The notes: generated from the letters alone by a model not told the origin. A DNA stretch of 64,000 nucleotides from Candidatus Eiseniibacteriota bacterium (GCA_963783375.1 CAWANH010000028.1:1728001-1792000), one strand, 5' to 3'. Numbered from the stretch's first letter, positions 20,147-30,789 are shown. Numbers and translations: made by a program.

Positions 20147-20175
20147 TTGACGAGGCCCCGGCGCTTGATTACTCT
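20147..20175 (+). promoter_or_regulatory. Putative sigma70 promoter
   Basis: TTGACG-N17-TACTCT upstream of ATG 20212. Confidence 0.55.
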
Positions 20176-20211
20176 TGGAATCGGCTTGATGCCGACGCGG
20201 GAGGCGTACGC

Positions 20212-20730
20212 ATGTTCCGGAAGCACAACACAGCCATCTTCGCCCTGATTCCGATGGTCGCCCTTCTGGCTGGCGCCGGAGCGGCTTCGGCCGGGATCCC
20301 CGACGCCACGCCCCCCGCCCTCCAGGGCATCGGAACCGAGCCGTCGGCCGGGCTCCTGAACTCCGGACTGCTCGACTTCTCCCGTTTCGACGTTCGGAAC
20401 AGCCTCAGCTACTCCTATTCCTCATCGTCGCAGTTCGGTTCGCAATCCGCCGGACTCTGGATGACCGAGATCGGCTACCGTATCTCCGACCCGCTCCGGG
20501 TCTCGGTGGACGTGGGGGCGACCCTCGATCCCTCCTCGGAGAACCTGTTCAGCGAGAAGAACATCTTCCTCCGAGGCTTCAATCTGGACTACCGGCCGAG
20601 TCGGAACTTTCAGTTCAACGTCTCCTACGTGAATACGCCTCCCGCCGCGGCCACCGCTCTCGGTTATCGCGGCTGGCCTTACGCGGGGGGATTCCGACCC
20701 TATGGGTCGCCCCTGAGTATGGGCCATTGA
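20212..20730 (+). CDS. Secreted hypothetical protein (beta-strand rich)
   Basis: GGAGG SD, Sec signal ending ASA, alternating beta-strand pattern. Confidence 0.75.
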   Translation: MFRKHNTAIFALIPMVALLAGAGAASAGIPDATPPALQGIGTEPSAGLLNSGLLDFSRFDVRNSLSYSYSSSSQFGSQSAGLWMTEIGYRISDPLRVSVDVGATLDPSSENLFSEKNIFLRGFNLDYRPSRNFQFNVSYVNTPPAAATALGYRGWPYAGGFRPYGSPLSMGH

Positions 20731-21875
20731 AATTTCGGTCCTCTTCCTCCTCCTCTCCCGCCGTCGTTTCCTCGTCGACCCGTGGCCTACGTGACCGGGC
20801 CGAGGACACCGCCCGCCGCCTGAAGGCGGAGCCGGGCCGGTTGGATCTCGTCCTGGAGCTGGCCCAGACCCTGGAGCGGCTCGGGGAACACCGTGACGCG
20901 CTTCGCGTGGTGGAACGCATGTCCAAGCGGGGGGCGTCCACTCCCGAGCTGGTCCGGTTGCGGGCGGAGTGCCTGCGCCGGGTGGGCCGGGCCGAAGAGG
21001 CGGTGACCGTGCTCGACGAGGCGGCGGAGATGCTGGCGGACGTCCCCAGCGCCTGGATCACCCGGGGCCGGTGTCTGGCCGCGGCGGGGCGGCTCGAGGA
21101 GGCGGTCGAGGCCTCGCAGAACGCGGCCCGCCTCGATCCCGGGAGCGCCGACGCCCAGTATTCCGTCGGGGTGACCCTGGCCCGGGCCGGCCGGGGCTAC
21201 GAGGCCGAGCAGGCCTACAACCGGGCGATCCGCCTGGACCCCGACATGGCCAAGGCCCACATCAACCTCGGCATCCTCTACGACACCCTCGGACGGAAAG
21301 AGGACGCTCTGGCCTCGCTCCGGCGCGCCACCACCTGCGACCCCGAGAGCGCGGTGGGTCACGCCAACCTGGGAGCGATCTACGGGGAGCAGGGTCGGCG
21401 CGAGGAGGCGTTGGCCGAGCTCAAGCGGGCGTTGGAGATCGACCCGCGCTCCGCCGAGGCCCACTTCAACCTCGCGCTCCTCTACCTGGACGAGGGCCGG
21501 CTGGAGCAGGCGACCGAAGCGTTGACCGCGGCCCGGGAGACCGCTCCCGAGGACACCCGCATCCTCTACTACTCCGGGGTGCTCGCGCTTCGCCAGGGGC
21601 GTCACCAGGAAACCGTCTCGGTGTTCACGGAGTACGTGCGGCTCCAGAAGGAGGACGCCCGCGGCCACTACCACCTCGGGGTGGGGCTCCTGCGCCTGAG
21701 CCGCCTGGACGAGGCGGTCCAGAGCTTTCAGCAGGCGGTGAAGATCGATCCCGGCCACCAGCGCGCCCACTACTACCTCGGGGTGGCCTTCGACCGGAAG
21801 GGCCTCAAGCACGAGGCCCGTCTCGCCTACCATGCCGCCGACCGGCTAGACCGGGGCGGCCCCCCGCTCGGATAG
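20727..21875 (+). CDS. TPR repeat protein
   Basis: About 10 TPRs (DP..A.AH.NLG..Y); TTG start overlaps upstream stop. Confidence 0.88.
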   Translation: MKFRSSSSSSPAVVSSSTRGLRDRAEDTARRLKAEPGRLDLVLELAQTLERLGEHRDALRVVERMSKRGASTPELVRLRAECLRRVGRAEEAVTVLDEAAEMLADVPSAWITRGRCLAAAGRLEEAVEASQNAARLDPGSADAQYSVGVTLARAGRGYEAEQAYNRAIRLDPDMAKAHINLGILYDTLGRKEDALASLRRATTCDPESAVGHANLGAIYGEQGRREEALAELKRALEIDPRSAEAHFNLALLYLDEGRLEQATEALTAARETAPEDTRILYYSGVLALRQGRHQETVSVFTEYVRLQKEDARGHYHLGVGLLRLSRLDEAVQSFQQAVKIDPGHQRAHYYLGVAFDRKGLKHEARLAYHAADRLDRGGPPLG

Positions 21876-21881
21876 ACCCCG

Positions 21882-22676
21882 ATGTCCTTCATCGACGCCC
21901 TCGTCCTGGGCCTGGTCCAGGGCCTGACCGAGTTCCTTCCCGTATCCTCCTCCGGGCACCTGGTGCTGGCCGGGCGACTTCTGGGGTTGGGTCAGGGAAG
22001 CGTGGCCTTCGATGTCTGGCTCCACCTCGCCACCCTGACCGCGGTGGTGGTGGCGCTCCGGAGCGACGTCTGGATGATGCTCCGGAGCCTCTCCCCACGC
22101 GCCCCGGAGCCGGAGGCCGGGCGGGGCCGAAAGCTCATCGTGGCCATGGTGGTCGGGACCATTCCCGCGGTGATCGTGGGATTGGTGGCCAAGGACGCGG
22201 TCGAGGCCGCGTTCACCAGCGTGCGGCTGGTCGGGGTGGACCTGCTCCTCACCGCGTTCATCCTCGCCCTCTCGCGGCTCTTTCCCGGGCGCGGGATGCC
22301 GCTCACCCCGATCAAGGCCCTGGGGATCGGGATCGCTCAATGCATCGCCATCCTGCCCGGGGTTAGCCGCTCCGGCTCCACCCTCACCGCCGGGCTCATG
22401 TTCGGGCTCTCCGGCGAGGACGCGGCGCGGTTCTCGTTCCTGCTGTCGGTGCCGGCCATCCTGGGAGCGGCGGTGCTCGACGCTCCCGCGATCGTCCACC
22501 TGGGGGGAAACCCCGGGATCCTGATCGGGAGCTTCCTGGTGGCCGCGGTGAGCGGGTACGTGGCCATCCGGCTGGTGTGGAAGGTCATGGAACGGGGGAA
22601 GCTCGCCGCCTTCGCGCCCTACTGCGCGCTCCTCGGCCTGGCTGCGCTCCTTCTGGGCGGCTCGCTTCCGGGGTAG
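21882..22676 (+). CDS. uppP: Undecaprenyl-diphosphate phosphatase
   Basis: LGLVQGLTEFLPVSSSGHL, PGVSRSGST, AARFSFLLSVP. Confidence 0.97.
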   Translation: MSFIDALVLGLVQGLTEFLPVSSSGHLVLAGRLLGLGQGSVAFDVWLHLATLTAVVVALRSDVWMMLRSLSPRAPEPEAGRGRKLIVAMVVGTIPAVIVGLVAKDAVEAAFTSVRLVGVDLLLTAFILALSRLFPGRGMPLTPIKALGIGIAQCIAILPGVSRSGSTLTAGLMFGLSGEDAARFSFLLSVPAILGAAVLDAPAIVHLGGNPGILIGSFLVAAVSGYVAIRLVWKVMERGKLAAFAPYCALLGLAALLLGGSLPG

Positions 22677-22775
22677 CCGGCGCCCCCACGAAGCCCGTGC
22701 CCGACCGAAGGATGCACGCGACCCGGGGACTCGCCCCCCACAACCCGAAGCACCCGCCGACGACCCGGAGGCACG

Positions 22776-24206
22776 ATGACCGAGCGCGACCCCTCGTTCC
22801 TGGATCTGGACCCCGAAGCCATGCGGCGGCTGGGCTACGCCGCGGTGGACCGGGCGGTCGATCACCTCGCGAGCCTGGAGCGGGAGCCGGCCTGGGGGAT
22901 GATGACCCGCGAGGAAGGGGAGGCCCTCCTTCGTGAGCCCGTCCCCGAAACCGGCGCGCCGCTCGATGGGCTCATGGCGACCGCCGAGCGCGATGTCCTC
23001 ACCCGCTCCGCCCGGGTCGGCCACCCTCGCTTCTTTGCCTACGTTCCGGGGGCGGTGACCTTCCCCGGGGTGCTGGCGGCTCTCCTGGCCGCCGCCCACA
23101 ATCCGTTCGTGGGAACCTGGCTCGGGGGGTCGGGTCCCTCGATGATGGAACTCACGGTGGTGGACTGGATCCGCGAGATGACCGGGCTCCCCGAGGGCGC
23201 CGGGGGTCTTCTCACCAGCGGCGGCTCCGCCGCGAACCTCATCGCGTTGGTGGCCGCGCGCCACGCCCGCCTCGATGACCGGACCGAAGCCGCGGTGATC
23301 TACGCGTCCGACCAGACGCACACCGCGGTCACCCGGGCGGCCTGGATCGCCGGTTTTCCCCGCGAAGCCGTCCGGCTCCTCCCCGCCGACCGAGACTACC
23401 GGCTGGATCCGGGCGCTCTGGAAACCGCGATAGCCGAAGACCGCGCCGGCGGCCGGCGACCGTTTCTCGTCGCGGCCAACGCCGGGGCGACCAGCACCGG
23501 CGCGGTGGACCCCCTCGAAGACCTTGCCGCGATCGCCCGCCGCGAAGGACTCTGGCTCCACGTGGACGCGGCCTACGGGGGCTTCGCCGCCATCACCGAG
23601 CGGGGGCGCCACGCCCTGGCCGGGATCGGCGACGCCGACTCCTGGGCCTTCGATCCCCACAAGTGGCTCTACCAGGGCTTCGAGTGCGGCTCGGTCCTCC
23701 TTCGCCGGCCGGAGGAGCTGCGCGCGGCCTTCACCGTGGACGCCGCCTATCTCCAGGACACCCGTCTCGGCGCCGAGCGCCCGAACCTGTCCGATCACGG
23801 CATCCAGCTCTCGCGCTCCTGGCGGGCGCTCGGGATCTGGCTCTCGGTGAAACACTTCGGCCTGGCCCGGCTCCGGTCCGCGGTGGATCGCACCCTGGAT
23901 CTGGCCGCCCACGCCCAGGCCGCGGTCGAGGCCGACCCCGCGATGGAACTCCTCTCGCCGGCCCGGCTCGGGGTGGTCTGCTTCCGGCTGGCGCCGTCCG
24001 CGAAACCCGGTGCGCGCCCCTCGGAGGCCGACCTGGAGGCCATGAACCGGGCCGCCCTCGAGCGGCTGAACGCGAGCGGCTACGGGTTCATCTCCTCCAC
24101 CCGGCTTCGGGGAACGTTCGCCTTGAGGCTTTGCATCCTGAGCCACCGCTCCACCGCCGCCGACGTGGGCGGGGTGCTGGCCCGGCTCCGGGAGGCGGCG
24201 GAGTAG
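22776..24206 (+). CDS. Group II PLP-dependent amino-acid decarboxylase
   Basis: HPRFFAY, TSGGSAANL, LHVDAAYGG, PLP lysine in DPHKW; substrate not assignable. Confidence 0.92.
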   Translation: MTERDPSFLDLDPEAMRRLGYAAVDRAVDHLASLEREPAWGMMTREEGEALLREPVPETGAPLDGLMATAERDVLTRSARVGHPRFFAYVPGAVTFPGVLAALLAAAHNPFVGTWLGGSGPSMMELTVVDWIREMTGLPEGAGGLLTSGGSAANLIALVAARHARLDDRTEAAVIYASDQTHTAVTRAAWIAGFPREAVRLLPADRDYRLDPGALETAIAEDRAGGRRPFLVAANAGATSTGAVDPLEDLAAIARREGLWLHVDAAYGGFAAITERGRHALAGIGDADSWAFDPHKWLYQGFECGSVLLRRPEELRAAFTVDAAYLQDTRLGAERPNLSDHGIQLSRSWRALGIWLSVKHFGLARLRSAVDRTLDLAAHAQAAVEADPAMELLSPARLGVVCFRLAPSAKPGARPSEADLEAMNRAALERLNASGYGFISSTRLRGTFALRLCILSHRSTAADVGGVLARLREAAE

Positions 24207-24221
24207 CGGGGCGGGCGCGGG

Positions 24222-25241
24222 TCAGCCGGTCGGGTTCCGCCGCGCCGTCTGGGAGTCGATCATCCAGCGCGGGTAGCGGGGCGCGGGCCGGCTCACCTCG
24301 TCGAGCGCGGCCAGGTCCTCCGGCGCCAGAGCGATCTCCGCCGCCCCGACGTCCTCCCCCAACTGCTCGATTCGCCGCGCCCCGACGATCACCGAGGTCA
24401 CCCCGGGCCGGACCAGGAGCCAGGCCAGGGCGGCCTGGGCGGGGGTGATTCCCCGGCGCTCGCCGACCTCGCGCAAGACGTCCAGAATCCGCCACCCCCG
24501 CTCCCGGTCGAAGGGCGGGAAGTCGGAGCCGGTGGTGTCCCACCGCGAGCCATCGGGAGGCGATTCGGCCTCCCGCCGGTACTTCCCGCTCAGGAACCCG
24601 CCGGCCAGGGGCGACCACACCAGGATCCCCACTCCGGCGTCCAGGCAGAACGGGGCCACCTCGTCCTCCAGGTCGCGCCCCACCAGGCTGTAGAACATCT
24701 GGGCGGAGACGAAGCGCTCGAATCCGCGGAGCGCGGCCACCCCGTCCGAGCGGGCCATCTGCCAGGCGGCGAGGTTGCTCATCCCCAGGTAGCGCACCTT
24801 CCCCTGGCGGACCAGGTCGGTGAGCGCGGAGAGGGTCTCCTCGATCGGGGTGAGGGAGTCCCAGCCGTGGATCTGGTAGAGGTCGATCCAGTCGGTGTCG
24901 AGCCGGCGGAGGCTCTCCTCCACCGAGGCCATGATGTGCGCGCGGGAGAGCCCCACCGCGTTCGGCCCGTCGCCCATCCGGCCGCGCACCTTGGTGGCCA
25001 GCACCACGTCCTTCCGGCGGGATCCGAGCGCCCGCCCGAGGAGGGTCTCCGCCTCTCCCCGTGCATAGACGTCGGCGGTGTCGAAGAGGTTCACCCCCGC
25101 GTCCAGGCAGCGCGACACCAGCCGGTCGGCTTGGGCCTGCTCCAGGCCCCCCAAATGCCACGGGTCGTCGCCGAAGGTCATCGCCCCGAACGCGATCTCG
25201 CTCACCAGGAGGCCGGTGGATCCCAGCGGTCGGTACTTCAC
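24222..25241 (-). CDS. Aldo/keto reductase
   Basis: FDTADVY, ATKVR, SLRRLDTDWIDLYQIH, GKVRYLGMSN, WSPLAGG. Confidence 0.95.
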   Translation of the reverse strand: MKYRPLGSTGLLVSEIAFGAMTFGDDPWHLGGLEQAQADRLVSRCLDAGVNLFDTADVYARGEAETLLGRALGSRRKDVVLATKVRGRMGDGPNAVGLSRAHIMASVEESLRRLDTDWIDLYQIHGWDSLTPIEETLSALTDLVRQGKVRYLGMSNLAAWQMARSDGVAALRGFERFVSAQMFYSLVGRDLEDEVAPFCLDAGVGILVWSPLAGGFLSGKYRREAESPPDGSRWDTTGSDFPPFDRERGWRILDVLREVGERRGITPAQAALAWLLVRPGVTSVIVGARRIEQLGEDVGAAEIALAPEDLAALDEVSRPAPRYPRWMIDSQTARRNPTG

Positions 25242-25341
25242 GGTCGCTCCTTCCCCATGGGTCGAGGGCCGATTGTAGCGAAAGAACGGGGGGTTGGTTA
25301 CAATGCGATCCGTCGCATTGTGGCTGACAAGGGGGAGATTG

Positions 25342-25770
25342 GTGAACGCAAAGACCTGGACGATGCGGGCGGCCGCGGTGGTGGTGCTTGGATCGGGATT
25401 GAACGCGTGTGGCGCCGGGGGCATGCCGAACCTCCCGCCCAGCTCCGACTATACGATCTCGGGGCAGGTGAAGGGAGACGACGGCTCGCCGCTGGCCTAC
25501 GCCAGCCTGGCCCTGGCCGGGAGCCCGCTCGGAACCCTCGCCGACGGCCAGGGGAACTTCGGATTCAACGGCGTCCGGTCCGGGAGCTACGGACTCACCG
25601 TCATCTACCTGGGCTTCCGGTCGAACGCGGTGCGGTTCACCCTTCCCGGCGCCTCCGACAGCACCGCCACCCTGAAGACGGCGCGCGATGCCGGGCTGGG
25701 ACCGGCCCTGGTGGACAGTCTGGGTCCGGTGACCGTCTCCTACCGGATCCGCGCGGCGGGGCAGCCATGA
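25342..25770 (+). CDS. Lipoprotein with carboxypeptidase-regulatory-like domain
   Basis: Lipobox LNAC; ISGQVK..DGSPL.YASL..GT.AD.QGNF...G.Y.LTV.YLGF. Confidence 0.75.
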   Translation: MNAKTWTMRAAAVVVLGSGLNACGAGGMPNLPPSSDYTISGQVKGDDGSPLAYASLALAGSPLGTLADGQGNFGFNGVRSGSYGLTVIYLGFRSNAVRFTLPGASDSTATLKTARDAGLGPALVDSLGPVTVSYRIRAAGQP

Positions 25771-25830
25771 GCCGCGGCGCGCGCCCGCCGAGGCCTCGGA
25801 GGAGGCGGGCGGCGGGGGGCGGGTAATCGC

Positions 25831-27030
25831 ATGTCCGACACGCCGGCCTCCAACCCCGGGCTCGTCAAGTCCACGCTGATTCGCGAGCTGGTGGACCTGT
25901 CCCGGTTCACCGAGGGGATTCTTCGCACCATGGGGTCGGCGGTGGTGGCGGTGGACGACGGGGGGACGGTTACCTACGTGAACCCCGCCGCCGAGTCGCT
26001 TCTGGACCGTCCCGCGGCCGCGCTCCTCAACCGGCCCTCCGGGGAGGTGCTCCTGACCCGAAGCGGCGCCGGGCTGGTGGGCGACGTCGCCGGTGAAGCG
26101 GAAGGGGAGGTGGACCTGAAGCTCCACGACGGCCGCCTGGTCACCGTGGAGGCGCGGGTGAGCCGCCACCAGGGAAAGCGCGGCGAGGAGGAGGGGCTGG
26201 TGGTCATCCTCACCGACCGCACCGACGTGAAGCGGGCCGAAGAGGAATCGCGGCGGAAGGACCGGCTGGCCTCGTTGGGCGAGCTCTCGGCCGGGGTGGC
26301 CCACGAGATCCGGAACCCCCTGGCCGGGATCGCGGCCGGGGCGCAGCTCTTGAGATCGCGCCTGGAACCCGGGGACGATCGGGTGCGCCTGGCCGACATG
26401 ATCCTGGAGGAGGCGGCCCGGTTGGACCGCATCGTGGACAGCCTGCTCCATTTCGCCCGGCCTCCCCAGCCGCGTCTCCGGGAATCGAGCCTGGAGAAGT
26501 GCGTGGAGCGGTCGCTCAGGCTGGTGCGCGAGGAAGCTTCCCGGATCGGGGTGGAGGTGGCGTTCGAGGCCGCCGGCGACCTCCCGCGGCTCTGGATCGA
26601 CCCGGACCAGATGGAGCAGGTCGCCCTCAACCTGGTCAAGAACGCGCTTCAGGCCATGGAGGACGGAGGGGGATCGCTCCGGACGGGGGTCCGGAGGGTC
26701 TCCCGGCGGCCCTACGTCCGCCGGCGGGCGGGACGGCGGGACGAGGATCCCGACCGGCTTCCCGGGCCCCAGGGACCGCTGCAGGATTGGGTGGAGATGG
26801 AGATCACCGACACCGGCCAGGGCATTCCTCCCGGGGAAGTGGAGCACATCTTCAACCCGTTCTACACCACCCGGCGGCAGGGCACGGGTTTGGGGCTCTC
26901 GATCACCCAGGCCATCATCCAGGAGCACGGCGGGATGATCTCCATCTCCAGCGAGCCGGGCCGGGGAACCACGGTGCTGGTGGACCTTCCGGTGGAGAAG
27001 CGGCGGCGACGGCGGCGGGATGAGGCGTAA
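25831..27030 (+). CDS. PAS sensor histidine kinase (NtrB/AtoS/FleS-like)
   Basis: PAS, AHEIRNPL, NLVKNA, DTGQGI, FNPFYTT, GTGLGL; no TM segment. Confidence 0.93.
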   Translation: MSDTPASNPGLVKSTLIRELVDLSRFTEGILRTMGSAVVAVDDGGTVTYVNPAAESLLDRPAAALLNRPSGEVLLTRSGAGLVGDVAGEAEGEVDLKLHDGRLVTVEARVSRHQGKRGEEEGLVVILTDRTDVKRAEEESRRKDRLASLGELSAGVAHEIRNPLAGIAAGAQLLRSRLEPGDDRVRLADMILEEAARLDRIVDSLLHFARPPQPRLRESSLEKCVERSLRLVREEASRIGVEVAFEAAGDLPRLWIDPDQMEQVALNLVKNALQAMEDGGGSLRTGVRRVSRRPYVRRRAGRRDEDPDRLPGPQGPLQDWVEMEITDTGQGIPPGEVEHIFNPFYTTRRQGTGLGLSITQAIIQEHGGMISISSEPGRGTTVLVDLPVEKRRRRRRDEA

Positions 27031-27096
27031 GCTCCCCTCCGCGCCCGCCGGACGGGACGTCCCGCAAACCGGAACGAACGGAGTGGAACCGAGAGC

Positions 27097-28512
27097 ATGA
27101 CACCGGAGGAACGACAGAACGAAGGCCGGAGCGCGGGGGTGCTCGTGGTGGACGACGAGCGCACGCTCCGGTTCACCCTGGCCGAGAGCCTGCGCGACGA
27201 GGGCTACCGGGCCTACGAGGCGGCCGACGGCTCCGAGGCCTTCGCCGCCCTCCGCGAGAAGGACGTGGACGTGGTGCTCCTCGACATGCGCCTCAAGGAG
27301 TCGGGGGAGGACGGCCTCACCATTCTCAAGAGCATCAAGAAGGATTACCCCGGGGTCGAGGTGGTGATGATGACCGCCTACGGCCGCTTCGACCACGCGG
27401 TGGAGGCCACCAAGAGCGGCTGTTTTCAGTTCGTGGGAAAACCCTTCCAGCTCGACCAGATCAAGCTGGTGGTGCGGGGGGCGATGGAGAACGCGTCGCT
27501 CCGGAAGGAAGTGGAGGTGCTCCGGCGGGGGAGCCCGGGGAGGTTCCCCACCGATCGGATCGTGGGGGAGAGCGTGGGCTTCCGCGAGGTTCTGGACACG
27601 GTGGAGAAGGTGGCGCGGAGCCGCACCACCGTGCTCCTCACCGGGGAGACCGGAACCGGCAAGGAGGTGGTGGCCCGCGCCGTCCATCGTTCCTCGGACG
27701 TGGCCGGCGGACCGTTCGTGGCGGTCAACTGCAGCGCGGTGCCCGAGAACCTCCTGGAGTCCGAGCTGTTCGGCTACGAGAAGGGTGCGTTCACCGACGC
27801 CAAGACCCGGAAGAAGGGCATGTTCGAGCTGGCCGACCGGGGGACGTTGTTCCTGGACGAGATCGGGGACATGGCGGGAGGGATCCAGTCCAAGCTCCTC
27901 CGGGTGCTGGAATCCGGGACCTTCAAGCGGCTGGGCGGCACCGGGGACATCACCGCGGACGTCCGGGTCGTGGCCGCCACCAACAAGGACCTGAAGAAGG
28001 AGGTGGCGGAGGGACGCTTCCGCGAGGATCTCTACTATCGCCTGGCGGTAATCCCCATCGCCATCCCTCCCCTGCGGGAACGCACCGAGGCCATCCTCCC
28101 CCTGGCCCGGTTCTTCCTGGATATCATGAACAAGGAGATGGGCCGAAGCGTCGAGGGCTTCACCCCCGAAGCCGAGCGGGCGATGCTGGGCTACCGCTGG
28201 CCGGGTAACGTGCGCGAGCTCAGGAACATGGTGGAGCGGGCGGTGCTGTTGAGCGGGGGGTCGATGATCGAGGTCTCGGAGCTTCCCCGCGACGTTCTCT
28301 CCACCGGGGGCGGCGCGCCTCCGGCGGATGCTCCGCCGGGCGAGGGAGGGATCTGGACCCTGGTCGATGCCGAGCGCTACGCCATCAAGCTCGCCCTGAA
28401 GCGGTTCGAGGGGAACAAGACCCGCGCCGCGGAGGCGCTGGGAGTTTCCCGTCAGACGCTTCGGGCCAAGGTGAAGGAATACGGGTTGGCCGAGGGGGCG
28501 GCGGCGGAGTAG
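27097..28512 (+). CDS. Sigma54-dependent response regulator (REC-AAA+-Fis HTH)
   Basis: [66 protein letters not shown]. Confidence 0.95.
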   Translation: MTPEERQNEGRSAGVLVVDDERTLRFTLAESLRDEGYRAYEAADGSEAFAALREKDVDVVLLDMRLKESGEDGLTILKSIKKDYPGVEVVMMTAYGRFDHAVEATKSGCFQFVGKPFQLDQIKLVVRGAMENASLRKEVEVLRRGSPGRFPTDRIVGESVGFREVLDTVEKVARSRTTVLLTGETGTGKEVVARAVHRSSDVAGGPFVAVNCSAVPENLLESELFGYEKGAFTDAKTRKKGMFELADRGTLFLDEIGDMAGGIQSKLLRVLESGTFKRLGGTGDITADVRVVAATNKDLKKEVAEGRFREDLYYRLAVIPIAIPPLRERTEAILPLARFFLDIMNKEMGRSVEGFTPEAERAMLGYRWPGNVRELRNMVERAVLLSGGSMIEVSELPRDVLSTGGGAPPADAPPGEGGIWTLVDAERYAIKLALKRFEGNKTRAAEALGVSRQTLRAKVKEYGLAEGAAAE

Positions 28513-28826
28513 GTCGCAGCGGGCCGGCCCGGCCGGTTCAGGGGGGCCGCTTCCCCAGGGGGATCGCGTCGGGGGCGCCTGGCGGCACGCCTCCCTCCCC
28601 CGGATGATCTCTTCCCGGCCCGGGCGGAAATTTGCCGGTCCGGAGCCGTCCGCCGGTCCTTCTCCTGCCCCTCACTCCCCCCACTCGGCTGAATTGGGCC
28701 GAATCCGCCACCGGGCTCCTATCTTCCATCCTTGCCGGAGAGTATCCGTCCAAACCGCCCGCCGGAACCAGGCAGGCGGGCGGTGTGCCCGGGTCCGGGC
28801 GGGGCCGTCCCGGATCGCAACGCCGC

Positions 28827-28842
28827 TGGCCTCCAATTTGCA
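28827..28842 (+). promoter_or_regulatory. Sigma54 promoter of flhG-fliA
   Basis: TGGCCTCCAATTTGCA = GG-N10-GC in the 456-bp intergenic region. Confidence 0.68.
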
Positions 28843-28968
28843 TGAATCAACCCTCTGCGACCCGATGCGTCGGCCGATCGGCCGCCCCGGGTCCCCGAAT
28901 CAGGCGCTTCGGGCGGAGATCGGAGTCATCCGAACCGGCCGCCGGGAGCGAAGGGGGGAAGGACGGAC

Positions 28969-29937
28969 ATGCACTCCATGGACGGGATTGGCGAGAACGG
29001 CGGCACGACGGCGGCACGACGGCCACGGCTCAAGCTCGTGCCGGGCGGACGGCCCGGTGACGGGCTCGAGCCGGCGCCCCCGCTCCGGCCGGTTCGCACG
29101 GTGGCGGTGGCCAGCGGCAAGGGCGGGGTCGGGAAGACCAGCCTGACCGTGAACCTGGCCATGGCCCTGGCCGAACTCCAGCAGAGAGTGCTGGTGGTGG
29201 ACGGGGACCTCGGGCTCGGAAAGCTCGATCTCATGATCGGGGCCGCCCCGCGGTTTCACCTGGGGCACGTCCTGGCCGAGGAGTGCGACGTCACCGACGC
29301 CGTGATCACCGGGCCCCGCGGCGTGCGCTTCCTCCCCGGAGCCTGCGGCGGCGGCCAGCTCGCCGTGCTGGACCCGGTCCGCCGGCGCCGTTTCTTCGCG
29401 GCCCTGGACCGGTTCGCCGGCTCCACCGACGTGGTGCTCCTCGATCTCGCGCCCGGGATCGGTCCCAACGCCCTGGACCTGGCCCGCCACGCGGACGAGG
29501 TCCTGGTGGTCACCACCCCCGAACCCACCGCCTACGCCGACGCCTACACCGTGATCAAGATCCTTTCCACCCCGGGGGCGCTCCCGCCCCGGGTGGTGGT
29601 GAACCGGGCCCGGAGCGAGGAGGAGGCCCACGACACGTTCCTACGGCTTTCCGGCACCGCCAAACGCCACCTCGGGGTGGCCCCGGTCTTCTGGGGGCTG
29701 ATCCCCGAGGACGAGACGGTGGGCACCGCGGTGCGTCGCCAGATCCCCTTCACCTTGAGCTCCCCGGACACGCCGGCCAGCCGCCACGTGCGAACCCTGG
29801 CCTGGCGCTTGCTACGGGGAAGGACCCCGGACGGGGGCGATCGCGCACCCGTCCTCGACTCCCAGGGGGGCCCGAACGGCGGGCGCCCCGGACGCGGACC
29901 GTCGGTGAGCCGCCCGCGCCTTTGGGAGGCCGCGTGA
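28969..29937 (+). CDS. flhG: MinD/ParA-family ATPase, FlhG/FleN type
   Basis: Deviant Walker A SGKGGVGKT, DGDLGLG, DLAPGIG, FlhG-typical TPEPTAYADAYTVIK, IPEDETV..AVRRQ.PF; followed by fliA. Confidence 0.85.
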   Translation: MHSMDGIGENGGTTAARRPRLKLVPGGRPGDGLEPAPPLRPVRTVAVASGKGGVGKTSLTVNLAMALAELQQRVLVVDGDLGLGKLDLMIGAAPRFHLGHVLAEECDVTDAVITGPRGVRFLPGACGGGQLAVLDPVRRRRFFAALDRFAGSTDVVLLDLAPGIGPNALDLARHADEVLVVTTPEPTAYADAYTVIKILSTPGALPPRVVVNRARSEEEAHDTFLRLSGTAKRHLGVAPVFWGLIPEDETVGTAVRRQIPFTLSSPDTPASRHVRTLAWRLLRGRTPDGGDRAPVLDSQGGPNGGRPGRGPSVSRPRLWEAA

Positions 29938-29975
29938 CCCGAGCCCGGATGACTACCAAAAGGAGAGACCCCTCC

Positions 29976-30749
29976 ATGTCGACCCCGCGAGTTGCCGCCA
30001 CCGCCAAGCCCGATGTCGCCGCGCCGCCCGCCCTGTGGCGGAAACCCACCAAGGACGAGGCCTACCGTCGTTACGCCCCGCTCATGAAGTACGTGGTGGA
30101 TCGCGTCGCCTCCAACGTGCCCAAGTACGTGGAGCGCGACGACCTTCTGAACGCCGCCGCCCTGGGACTCTTCGACGCCCTGGAGAAGTACGACAGCGGG
30201 AAGGGAACCAAGTTCGAGACCTACGCGGTGTGGCGGATCCGGGGAGCGGTGCTGGACGAGCTTCGCGCCATGGACTGGGCCAGCCGCTCCATCCGGCGCA
30301 AGGCCCGCCACGTGGACACCCTGACCCGGGAACTCGATCAGCGCCTTGGTCGGGCAGCCAGCGACGACGAACTGGCCGAGGTCATGGACATCTCCTCCAC
30401 CGAGATGGCCCGGGTTCTGGAGGAAGTGCGGGGTGTGGTCCTGCTCTCCCTGAACCAGTCCTCCAGCGAGACCGACGACGGGCACTCCGGCGGCCTGGCC
30501 GAGGTCATCGAGGATCCCCATTCCGAGGACGCCCTGGACGAGATCGAGAAGCACCAGCTCTCCGATGTGCTGGTGGACGTGATCAGCGATCTCTCCGAAC
30601 AGGAGAAGCTCGTCCTGGCCCTCTACTACTACGAAGAGATGACCCTGAAGGAGATCGGCCAGACCCTGGGGATCTCCGAATCCCGGGTATCCCAGATCCA
30701 CACCAAGGCGATCTCCCGGCTCAAGGGCCGGATGCGCCGGGCCGCCTGA
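29976..30749 (+). CDS. fliA: RNA polymerase sigma28 factor (FliA/WhiG family)
   Basis: KFETYAVWRIRGAVLDELRAMDW.SRSIR; region 4 LYYYEEMTLKEIG..LGISESRVSQIH; SD AGGAGA. Confidence 0.95.
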   Translation: MSTPRVAATAKPDVAAPPALWRKPTKDEAYRRYAPLMKYVVDRVASNVPKYVERDDLLNAAALGLFDALEKYDSGKGTKFETYAVWRIRGAVLDELRAMDWASRSIRRKARHVDTLTRELDQRLGRAASDDELAEVMDISSTEMARVLEEVRGVVLLSLNQSSSETDDGHSGGLAEVIEDPHSEDALDEIEKHQLSDVLVDVISDLSEQEKLVLALYYYEEMTLKEIGQTLGISESRVSQIHTKAISRLKGRMRRAA

Positions 30750-30773
30750 CCGGCCTCTCCGACGGGGGAATTC

Positions 30774-30789
30774 GGGCACGTAGCTTGCA
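30774..30789 (+). promoter_or_regulatory. Sigma54 promoter of the GAF-GGDEF gene
   Basis: GGGCACGTAGCTTGCA = GG-N10-GC, near consensus. Confidence 0.75.

Noticed and set aside
24088-27687. Very long antisense or alternate-frame ORFs (also 29544-32165, 34148-37258, 37326-40640, 50931-54143)
   Set aside because: Shadow ORFs of high-GC genes; no motifs, and they overlap well-supported CDSs.
15557-28512. GAFTDA instead of GAFTGA in both activators as a sign of sigma54 independence
   Set aside because: GAFTDA is a common variant that keeps the key F and T residues, and good sigma54 sites lie nearby.
28969-30749. Calling this a flagellar operon or a Min division locus
   Set aside because: No flhF, flhA or structural genes and no minC/minE in the window; only the regulatory pair is supported.
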